Shown here piece by piece: positions 1-8,082 of a stretch of 64,000 nt of DNA. The notes below the pieces were generated by a model. It worked only from the letters and a program-made list of their open reading frames with translations. It was not told the DNA's origin and did not search any database. The DNA lies in assembly GCA_021732445.1 (NCBI GenBank), contig JAKFUZ010000022.1, positions 2,218 through 66,217 of the forward strand. The letters are read 5' to 3'. Origin of the DNA: Sphingomonas sp. (GTDB taxonomy: Bacteria > Pseudomonadota > Alphaproteobacteria > Sphingomonadales > Sphingomonadaceae). Numbering within the stretch: position 1 is the stretch's first letter; each line of letters begins with the position of its first letter. The position numbers and the translations under genes were made by a program.

Positions 1-372
1 ATGCGCACAATCCAGCGCTGCTAGCAGGCGCCGCGCCGCCGCCGTTGCGGCGTCCCGATTACCGGCAAGCCGGTTGAGCGTTGCGACATTTATGGCTGTA
101 TAGGGCTGCGGCGACAGCGTGTCGGCTGCCGCATAGGCCGCCGCGGCCCGTGCAAAGGCCGCCGGCTGGTGTTCGGCTGGCGTGCGCAGCGCATCGTCCT
201 TGAGCAACCGCCCTTTTACGGCGAGTGCTGCGGGATCATCAGTCCGCGAGGCATAGCCGCCCGCCTCGAACAGCGACCAGGCATGACGCAGGCCCCCGGC
301 GCGCGCGGCCGTGATAATTGCCGCCAGCGAGGCCTTTGGGCTCAAAATAGACTGACCCGGCGGCGGGATCAT
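1..372 (-). CDS. hypothetical protein, N-terminal 124 codons only (gene continues past the left edge)
   Basis: Absent from the ORF track because no stop lies inside the window. The reverse strand reads ATG (372-370) MIPPPGQSILSPKASLAAIITAARAGGLRHAWSLFEAGGYASRTDDPAALAVKGRLLKDDALR... in frame down to base 1, with G/C-rich third positions. Ala-rich and helical (TPR-like feel), but no diagnostic motif. Confidence 0.45.
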   Translation of the reverse strand, partial: MIPPPGQSILSPKASLAAIITAARAGGLRHAWSLFEAGGYASRTDDPAALAVKGRLLKDDALRTPAEHQPAAFARAAAAYAAADTLSPQPYTAINVATLNRLAGNRDAATAAARRLLAALDCAH

Positions 373-637
373 GGCGGCATCCTTGCTGGGGTGAGCGCGC
401 ATGCGCCAACCCTCTGGGCGACCTGTACAATATGCTCGCGGAAATGACAGCCATCGCCGCCAGCCGCCCGATCGCAACACGCCGCCAGCGGCAGCCTAGC
501 GGCGCGGCGCGCCCCTTGCGCGTGACGGCCGTCACGGTCGGAGAAATGCCGGAACCTGTGGCCGGAGCCAGCGCCGCCGACGATGGCCACGCCGCAACCC
601 CGGGCAGTATCCGGGCATTGCCGCGCGTTCGGCACAG

Positions 638-655
638 TGTTGCGCTGCAGCAACA
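638..655. promoter_or_regulatory. inverted repeat TGTTGC-N6-GCAACA upstream of the first TonB-dependent receptor (possible operator)
   Basis: tgttgcgctgcagcaaca read directly. The outer 6+6 nt are perfectly complementary. It lies ~75 nt upstream of the ATG at 731. Confidence 0.2.
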
Positions 656-730
656 GGTGGAATTTTGCGTGCGCGAGACGTTGACGGCATCATGCCGCCA
701 AGTCACGTTGGCGCATTGAGGAGAAATATC

Positions 731-3700
731 ATGCTGCGCCACCAACCGCTCTGCACCGTTAGTGCACTCGCCATTGCAATTGCCGCGAGTTTCCCGGCGA
801 ACGCGCAGCAGATAGCAACGGTGTCGGCGCAAAGTGCCTCAACCGCCGAGGCGGCATCGCCGCAAGACGCTGCGCCCACCGATAGCGCTGCTGCCAGCGA
901 GATCGTCGTCACCGGGTCGCGCCTGTCGCAAAACCCCAATTCGGTCGCTGCTTCGCCCATCGTGTCAGTAACCGCCGATGACTTGCGCAAGTCTGGACAA
1001 ACGGACATTTCGGCTACGCTGCGGGCGATCCCGGCGCTGATTTCGTCTGGCACAATTGCCGACTCGATTGATCGAGGCGCCGGCGGTGCCGGCCAGGCAA
1101 CGCTTAATCTGCGCGGGCTTGGCTCCAACCGCACGCTGGTGCTGGTCAATGGCCGCCGGCACGTGTCGGGCGTTGCCGGCACGCAAGCGGTGGACGTTGC
1201 GACCATCCCGAGCGCCCTTATCGACAGTGTCGAGGTGCTGACCGGCGGCGCGTCGGCGGTGTACGGTGCCGACGCGGTTACCGGGGTCGTTAACTTCAAG
1301 CTCAAGCAGAATTTTGACGGGCTGACGGTGCGCTCGCAAATCGGCATTTCGGAACAGGGCGATGGGCGCACGTTCACAGTTGATGCAACTTATGGCAAAA
1401 ATTTTGCCGGGGGGCGTGGCAATCTTACCTTTTCGGCGGCCTATGCGCGCGACGAGGAAATCCAATATGGCGACCGCGAGGCAACGCGCGATAATGGTAA
1501 GGCCAATGCCGGGTTGAGTTATGGCAACCCGGCGCTTCGATTCCAGGCCGGCGACATCAATGCCTCGACGCCCAATTTCCAGCGCTTTTACAGCACGGAC
1601 AACGGGCAGTTCCCCATTGGCTTTTCAATCCCGTCGGCGGCAACATTCGCCACCAACTTCCGGCGCGACTTTGGCACAACCCCCAACCTGACCGCCGCGG
1701 AGCAGGCGCTCATCTCGCGGACAAACGGCGCGCCTACGCTTGCGATCGGGCGTTTCCCTGCCTTTGCCATCAGTTCGAACGCCGGGCTCATCTTCCGCAA
1801 CGATTTTGCGCCGTTCACGGCCGATGTGGACCGCAACGGCGTGCCTGATTGCAACCAGTCGTTCGTCGGCTCGTTCTTTGGTGGCTGCTATGTCTCAACG
1901 CCCGGTGGCGGGGTGCGGCCGTTCCGTGACGGCGTAATCGCCACAACCGCCAACCAGTTTGGCGGCGATGGCGCTATCGAGGCGCCCAACGGGCAATCGC
2001 TCATTCCGCGCTCAGAACGCTATAATTTCAACCTTCTGGGCCATTTCGATTTTTCCAAGGCCGCGACCTTCTTCTTCGAGGCCAAATATGCGCGCACGAA
2101 CACCTTCACCCAAAATCCGTATAACTCGTTTTACGACACGCTGACGGTCGCGCCGGATAATCCCTTCATCCCCGCAGCGCTTGCGGCAGATGCCGCCGAA
2201 GCCGGCGGGCTGCTCGTGTCGCGTGACTTTCTCGATCTCGGGCAAGCGGCCTCGATTTCGAACCGCGACACCTATCGCATCGTCGCAGGGGTGCGCGGCG
2301 AACTTACGTCGCAGGTGAAATATGAACTGAGCGGCAATTACGGCCGGACTGACACGAGCACGACCAATACCAATCAGGTACTCACGGATCGCCTGTTTGC
2401 AGCGCTTGATGTTGTGGCCGGCCCCGGCGGCCAGCCGATCTGCCGGTCGAACATTAGCAGTGTGGCGCCGCCCACCAGCCCCTTCCCGGCCGCCGACAGC
2501 GGCTTTTTCAGTTTTCGCCCCGGTGACGGCCGCTGTGTGCCGGTCAGCCTGTTCAACGGGGTGAACTCGATCAGCCAGGCCGGCGTCAACTTCATCACGA
2601 CACCCACGAACAACCGCTCGCGCCTCCAGCAAACGGTTGTTACCGGCCAGATCAGCGGGGACACGAGCGGCTTTTTCCGTTTCCCGGGCGGTGCGCCGGC
2701 GCAATTTGCGGTCGGTGGTGAATATCGCGATGAGCGCAGCAGCACCAATTTCGATCCGCTGGTGCTGGGCATTTTGCCAAGCGGGGCCGGCGCCGGCCCG
2801 GCGGGGACGTTCATCGGCGATATTTCGGGCAACCAGTCGCTGGTCTTTGACCCAACGAGCCGCACGCTGAACGCGGGCGGCAGCTTCAACGTTTATGAAT
2901 TTTTCGGCGAAGTTGCGCTGCCTATCCTCAGCCAGCGCCGGTTTGTCGATGAATTCCGGATCGGCGCCGCGGCCCGCTTTTCGCGCTATTCGACTGTTGG
3001 CAGCACGTTTACGTGGAGCGTGAACGGCATCTATGCGCCGATCCGCGATATCAAGTTCCGCGGCAGCTATGCAAAAGCGGTGCGGGCACCGAACATTTTC
3101 GAGCTGTTCTCGCCGGCGCAGGGCGCATTTTTTCGCCCCGCTGATCCGTGCGAACAATCGGCGATTGATGCGCTGGTGGCGTCAGGCGTCGCGACCGCAC
3201 AAAACCGGATCAACAATTGTCGGGCCGATGGCCTGCCAGCCGGGTTCACCGATCCGCTGACGGCGCGATTCTCGGGCACCAGTGGCGGCAATGCAAATCT
3301 GCTGGAAGAGACAGCGACAACGTTTACCGCCGGGATCGTGCTCCAGCCGCGCGTTGTGCGGGGTCTTACCCTCAGCGGCGATTATTACAACATCCGCATC
3401 ACCAACGCAATTTCGGCAGTCAGCGCGCAGGACATTGTGAATTCATGCTATGATGCCGCCAGCCTTGCCAACCAGTTCTGCCCGCTGTTTACCCGCAATC
3501 GGAACAGCACGTCGCCCACCTTTTTGGGGCTGAACTTTTTGCGGCAAACGCAGCTGAACTTCGGGCGGATTGAGACGGCTGGTGTCGATGCGACCGTGGC
3601 CTATAATTTTCGGCTGGGCGACAACCGCATTTCGCTAAGCGCCACGGGCAACTGGGTGCAACGGATCAACCGGTTCTTCGACCCGACCGACCCGGCCGCC

Positions 3701-4045
3701 GTAAACCCGGGCCTGGGCGAGCTGGGCTCGCCGCAATGGTCCGGCGTTGGCACGGCGGCCATCCAGCACGGACCGTTTTCGCTCAGCTACCGCCTGCAAT
3801 ATATCGGGTCGCAGTCGCTGGCGCCGGTGCAGATCGAAACACGGGCCATTCAGTTTGGCGCTGCCGGCATTGCGCCCGAAACCTTTGTTCACGACCTGAC
3901 GGGCACGATTGACCTTGGCGGCGACAAAAGCTTTTATCTTGGCGTTAACAATCTGTCGAACGCGCAGCCGTTCATCACGAACGTCGCCTATCCGGTCTCT
4001 CCGGTAGGCCGGTTCTTCTTCGTGGGCGTCACGGGCAAATTCTAG
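731..4045 (+). CDS. TonB-dependent outer-membrane receptor
   Basis: ORF 665-4045 trimmed to the ATG at 731, which is preceded by aggagaa. Signal peptide MLRHQPLCTVSALAIAIAASFPANA|QQ. TonB-box-like EIVVTGSR. Plug motifs NLRGLGSNRTLVLVNGRR and VEVLTGGASAVYGADAVTGVVNF. Barrel ends in ...FFFVGVTGKF (terminal Phe). Confidence 0.9.
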   Translation: MLRHQPLCTVSALAIAIAASFPANAQQIATVSAQSASTAEAASPQDAAPTDSAAASEIVVTGSRLSQNPNSVAASPIVSVTADDLRKSGQTDISATLRAIPALISSGTIADSIDRGAGGAGQATLNLRGLGSNRTLVLVNGRRHVSGVAGTQAVDVATIPSALIDSVEVLTGGASAVYGADAVTGVVNFKLKQNFDGLTVRSQIGISEQGDGRTFTVDATYGKNFAGGRGNLTFSAAYARDEEIQYGDREATRDNGKANAGLSYGNPALRFQAGDINASTPNFQRFYSTDNGQFPIGFSIPSAATFATNFRRDFGTTPNLTAAEQALISRTNGAPTLAIGRFPAFAISSNAGLIFRNDFAPFTADVDRNGVPDCNQSFVGSFFGGCYVSTPGGGVRPFRDGVIATTANQFGGDGAIEAPNGQSLIPRSERYNFNLLGHFDFSKAATFFFEAKYARTNTFTQNPYNSFYDTLTVAPDNPFIPAALAADAAEAGGLLVSRDFLDLGQAASISNRDTYRIVAGVRGELTSQVKYELSGNYGRTDTSTTNTNQVLTDRLFAALDVVAGPGGQPICRSNISSVAPPTSPFPAADSGFFSFRPGDGRCVPVSLFNGVNSISQAGVNFITTPTNNRSRLQQTVVTGQISGDTSGFFRFPGGAPAQFAVGGEYRDERSSTNFDPLVLGILPSGAGAGPAGTFIGDISGNQSLVFDPTSRTLNAGGSFNVYEFFGEVALPILSQRRFVDEFRIGAAARFSRYSTVGSTFTWSVNGIYAPIRDIKFRGSYAKAVRAPNIFELFSPAQGAFFRPADPCEQSAIDALVASGVATAQNRINNCRADGLPAGFTDPLTARFSGTSGGNANLLEETATTFTAGIVLQPRVVRGLTLSGDYYNIRITNAISAVSAQDIVNSCYDAASLANQFCPLFTRNRNSTSPTFLGLNFLRQTQLNFGRIETAGVDATVAYNFRLGDNRISLSATGNWVQRINRFFDPTDPAAVNPGLGELGSPQWSGVGTAAIQHGPFSLSYRLQYIGSQSLAPVQIETRAIQFGAAGIAPETFVHDLTGTIDLGGDKSFYLGVNNLSNAQPFITNVAYPVSPVGRFFFVGVTGKF

Positions 4046-4250
4046 GCGGCAGCGCACGCGCCGGACCGCTACGGCGCCGAGGCCGCGACGCTGAACGGTG
4101 TTACATGCCGGCTGTCCGTCGATCACGCCAATCCCGCCAGCGTCGCGCGGTGCTCCCGCCCACGCGGCACGCAGAGCAGCCGGCAGAAGCCAGGTTGCTG
4201 CACGGCGATGTGCCGAGCACGGCGCCGAAACCAGGCCGTGCCACGCATTT

Positions 4251-4288
4251 TGGGAGCGCTCACTTTTTTATTGTGAGCTTTCACAATT
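4251..4288. promoter_or_regulatory. two adjacent lac-operator-like palindromes (candidate LacI-family operator)
   Basis: tgGGAGCGCTCACt (4251-4264) and ATTGTGAGCttTCACAATT (4270-4288). The second matches the symmetric lac operator ATTGTGAGCGCTCACAATT at 17/19 positions by hand alignment. They lie 70-105 nt upstream of the receptor start at 4357. Confidence 0.45.
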
Positions 4289-4356
4289 TGCGCCAGTCTA
4301 CCCTCAATGCGAGTCGTAGAAATTCACTCAAAACTCTGACGGACGGGGGAGAATGC

Positions 4357-7155
4357 ATGAAAAAGCATCGCTATTTGCTGCTGGCTGGTGTCGCAACCGT
4401 GTTGTTTGGCGCCCCCGCAATGGCGCAGGACAAGCCTGCAACGCCGCCCGAACAGGCCACGGACCCGGCCAAAAACGATGCGGACCCGACCGACATTGTC
4501 GTCACTGCCGACCGCCGCGAACAATCGCTCCAGAATTACGCCGGCACAGCGGCGGTGCTGTCGCCCGACGCGCTTTCGAAAGTCGGCATCGTCAATATCG
4601 AAAACCTGAACGACACGCTGCCGGGCCTGCGCGTGCAGAATTTCAACGGGGCGGTGGATATCGCGCTGCGCGGCATTGGCACGAACCAGAACACCGAATT
4701 GGGCGACCCCAATGTCGCGACGCATTTCGACGATGTCTATGTGCCGCGCGTGCAGGGGCTTACCAATGCCTATTATGACCTGAAGGCGGTGGAGGTGAAT
4801 TTCGGGCCGCAGGGGACGCTGCGCGGCCGCAACGCTTCTGCCGGCTCGCTCAACTTCATTGCCTATGCGCCCGAGCCCGGCAAGTTCAAGGGCCAGCTTG
4901 AGGCAGGCTATGGCAATTTCGACCAGGTCAGCGTCAAGGGCATATTGAACGTACCGATCACCGACACGCTCACCTTCCGCGTCTCGGGAAGCTTCGACAA
5001 GCACGGCTCCTATTACCGCAATGTCGGCCGGTTCCCGCAAATCGCGGCCCCTTATGCAGATGACAATCGCGGGGTGCGCGCGCAGCTTTTGTGGGAGCCG
5101 ACGGTGCAACTGAGCGTGCTGGTCGCAGCGGATTACAACGACCAGAATTCAACCGGGTTCAACGGATCAAATTTTTCAACGTTTCTGGGCATTCGAACTC
5201 CCGGCGGATTCACCAACGCGGTTAATTCGGTAACGCGGCCGCGTGATATTCTCACCGGGCCGCTCGGTGAGCAATATACCACCGAACATTCGGGCATTCG
5301 TGCGCGGATCACCTACAAGACCGATGGCCTTTTCAACGTTCAGTATATCGGCAGCCACCGCGACCTGCGCACCGCCTCTGACGGCGCGGGCCCATCTGGC
5401 GTTGCGTTTCCCGGCTTTGAGACCGGCCTGCCCGGCGTTACAGGCTTTGAGCAGGGGTTTTACGGCGGCCCGATTGGTGCCGAGCGGCTCGACAACTTCA
5501 GCCAGGGCCTGGCGCGCCGCGGCTCGTTTTCGGACTATCACGAACTGCGATTCTTCAATGATACCGAGCCATTCAAATATTCAGTCGGCGGCAATTACTT
5601 CAATGAGCGCCAGCGGACTCTCGCCACCTCGGTTGCTGATTTCAATTCCTTCTTCCAGGGTCAGGAATTTAACACCCGAACCAAGAGCGACGTCTATGCC
5701 TTTTATGGTGACGGCACCTATTCCGTTACCGAGCGGCTGCGTGTGACTGCGGGTATCCGCTATACCAACGACAGCAAATCGCGCACGGGTGTGATCTCCC
5801 GGCTGTTCTTCGGCGGCGGCGCGGCGAATTTCGATTGCTGCGGATTCTTCCGGCTCGGCACGCCCGGCTTTGCGTTCAACACCAACCGAACGATCTTTGA
5901 CCCAGATCGCAATGGCGACGGCACTGTCACCAACGGCGAACAGCTCGTCTTTTTCCTTGACGGGATAAGGAGTTTTGGCGGGCGCGACACAATCCCCATC
6001 GCGTTTGGCAGCGCCATTGCCGCGATAAGGGCCAATCCCGCGTTGATTTCTGACCCGAATTTCGGGTTTGCGCCCGGCCCTGGCTGCATCAATTCGGCGA
6101 CGAACCCCAGTTATGTGTGCCGTGCGGACGGGAATTTCACCTATAATTTCATCGCGAATACCGTCAATAATCAGGCGTCGGCGATCACCACCAATTTCTT
6201 CGACTGGCGCGGCCGGATCGAATATGACCTGACCGACGACAATCTTGTCTACGCGCTTGTCTCGCGCGGGCACAAAGCGGCAAGCTTCAATGACAATCTG
6301 GGGTCGCTTGGGCCCGCGCCGTTCTTCCGGCCGGAAAGCGTGACGCTGTTCGAGATTGGCACCAAGAATGCCTTTGAGGTGCTTGGGCGCAAGGCGACTT
6401 TCAACCTTTCAGGGTTTTACAACGATTATCGGGATCAGCAGCTTACCGCGCTGCTGGGCGTCACGTCGATCGTGGCGCAGCTCCGCAGCGACCCCAACGA
6501 TCCTAATAGCCCATTGTTAAACGTCACTGGCCCGCAAAATGTGCCGAATGGTTTCAACCAGAACCAGGTCGTTGCCTTCACCTACAACGCGGCCAACAGC
6601 GAGACATATGGCATTCAGGGAAGCGGGTCGATAATTCTGCCGGCCAGGTTCAAGTTCGGCGCGGACTTCCTCTGGCTCGAAGCCCGGGTCAAAAACGGGG
6701 CACCGGTCCAGGATTTCCGCTTTCAGGCCGATGTTGCCGGCGCGACGGATTCTGCTGCGCGGCCAATTACCGGGCGCCGTCTGCCTTATTCACCCCGCTT
6801 CCAGCTCAATGCGTCGCTCGCCAAGCTCATTCCCGTGAGCGGGCCGCTTGGGGGGACGCTGGACGGGGTCATCAGCATATCGTGGCGGTCATCGAGTTTT
6901 GCGACGCTGTTCAATTCCATCGATTTCAACCCGCCTCCTTCGGGCCCGCGGGACTCGCTCAACGATCGGATACCCTCTTATTATCTGATTAATGCGGCAA
7001 TCGGCTATACCCATGGCAATATCCGGATCGAGGGATATGTGAACAACCTGACCGACACCACGGTTGCCGCCGGGCTGCTCGTCAACCAGTTCAACAACAC
7101 CCGCTTTTTCACCAACCCGCGCATCTTTGGCGGTCGTGTCCGCGTGCAATTCTAA
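4357..7155 (+). CDS. TonB-dependent outer-membrane receptor
   Basis: ORF 4105-7155 trimmed to MKKHRYLLLAGVATVLFGAPAMA|QD (ATG 4357, ggggga SD). TonB box DIVVTADRR. Plug and barrel motifs present. C-terminus ...RIFGGRVRVQF. Confidence 0.9.
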   Translation: MKKHRYLLLAGVATVLFGAPAMAQDKPATPPEQATDPAKNDADPTDIVVTADRREQSLQNYAGTAAVLSPDALSKVGIVNIENLNDTLPGLRVQNFNGAVDIALRGIGTNQNTELGDPNVATHFDDVYVPRVQGLTNAYYDLKAVEVNFGPQGTLRGRNASAGSLNFIAYAPEPGKFKGQLEAGYGNFDQVSVKGILNVPITDTLTFRVSGSFDKHGSYYRNVGRFPQIAAPYADDNRGVRAQLLWEPTVQLSVLVAADYNDQNSTGFNGSNFSTFLGIRTPGGFTNAVNSVTRPRDILTGPLGEQYTTEHSGIRARITYKTDGLFNVQYIGSHRDLRTASDGAGPSGVAFPGFETGLPGVTGFEQGFYGGPIGAERLDNFSQGLARRGSFSDYHELRFFNDTEPFKYSVGGNYFNERQRTLATSVADFNSFFQGQEFNTRTKSDVYAFYGDGTYSVTERLRVTAGIRYTNDSKSRTGVISRLFFGGGAANFDCCGFFRLGTPGFAFNTNRTIFDPDRNGDGTVTNGEQLVFFLDGIRSFGGRDTIPIAFGSAIAAIRANPALISDPNFGFAPGPGCINSATNPSYVCRADGNFTYNFIANTVNNQASAITTNFFDWRGRIEYDLTDDNLVYALVSRGHKAASFNDNLGSLGPAPFFRPESVTLFEIGTKNAFEVLGRKATFNLSGFYNDYRDQQLTALLGVTSIVAQLRSDPNDPNSPLLNVTGPQNVPNGFNQNQVVAFTYNAANSETYGIQGSGSIILPARFKFGADFLWLEARVKNGAPVQDFRFQADVAGATDSAARPITGRRLPYSPRFQLNASLAKLIPVSGPLGGTLDGVISISWRSSSFATLFNSIDFNPPPSGPRDSLNDRIPSYYLINAAIGYTHGNIRIEGYVNNLTDTTVAAGLLVNQFNNTRFFTNPRIFGGRVRVQF

Positions 7156-7224
7156 CGTTTGCCGGGGCCATAAGCTGGATGGCATGATCCATTTTGTGGG
7201 TTAGGCTCGGCAGCAAAAAGGGAG

Positions 7225-8082
7225 ATGTCAGTGCCCAGGTCGGTATCAAGAGCCGCTATTGCGGCGCTGTTCATGGTCACGGGCGGATCGTCGGCCATTG
7301 CTGGCCCCGAAGCCGTGATCCCGGCCGACTACGCGCTCGTGTGGGCCGATGAGTTCGATGGCAGCGGCCTGCCCGACGACAGCAAATGGGCCTATGACAC
7401 GGAAAACAACAAGCGCGGCTGGTTCAACAACGAACAGCAATATTATGCGGACCACCGCGCGGAGAATGCCCGGGTTGAAAACGGTTCCCTCATCATCGAG
7501 GCGCGTGCCGACCGGGCCGACATCGCCAAGTTTGGCGACTGGGGGCAGCAGCAATACAGCTCGGCCAGGCTGCGCACGCTGGGCAAGGCAAGCTGGACCT
7601 ATGGCGCGGTCGAAGTGCGGGCAAAGCTGCCCTGTGGCCGGGGCACCTGGCCCGCCATCTGGATGCTCGCCGACGACAAGACCACCCCGTGGCCCGACAG
7701 CGGCGAGATTGATATCATGGAGCATGTCGGCTTCGACCCCGGCAAAATCCATTTCTCGCTCCACACCAAGAACGGCAATTTCCTGCTCCATACGGAGAGC
7801 ACGGCGCAAAAGACGGTCAGCACCGCCTGCACCGAAATGCACCGCTATCAGTTGCGGTGGACGCCGACGCTGATTGTGATTGCGGTTGACGATCAGCGCG
7901 GTTTCAGCATGAAACGGCCCAGCCTGAAGCGTGCGGACTGGCCCTTTGACGGGCCGTTCCACATCCTGCTCAATATCGCGATCGGCGGTGACTGGGGCGG
8001 CGCACAGGGAATTGACCCGGCCGCCCTGCCGGCGCGGATGGAAGTTGATTATGTCCGTGTCTATCAAAAGCAAGGGTCGTGA
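7225..8082 (+). CDS. glycoside hydrolase family 16 (laminarinase / beta-1,3(-1,4)-glucanase type), secreted
   Basis: Signal peptide ...GGSSAIA|GP. Catalytic GH16 signature E-x-D-x-x-E seen as SGEIDIMEH. Also WPAIWML and GGDWGG, typical of GH16 laminarinases. Confidence 0.9.
   Translation: MSVPRSVSRAAIAALFMVTGGSSAIAGPEAVIPADYALVWADEFDGSGLPDDSKWAYDTENNKRGWFNNEQQYYADHRAENARVENGSLIIEARADRADIAKFGDWGQQQYSSARLRTLGKASWTYGAVEVRAKLPCGRGTWPAIWMLADDKTTPWPDSGEIDIMEHVGFDPGKIHFSLHTKNGNFLLHTESTAQKTVSTACTEMHRYQLRWTPTLIVIAVDDQRGFSMKRPSLKRADWPFDGPFHILLNIAIGGDWGGAQGIDPAALPARMEVDYVRVYQKQGS

Noticed and set aside
239-832. 197-aa minus-strand ORF across the first intergenic region
   Set aside because: It overlaps both the real N-terminal gene fragment (different frame, 1-372) and the receptor start. 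The composition is Arg/Cys-rich noise.
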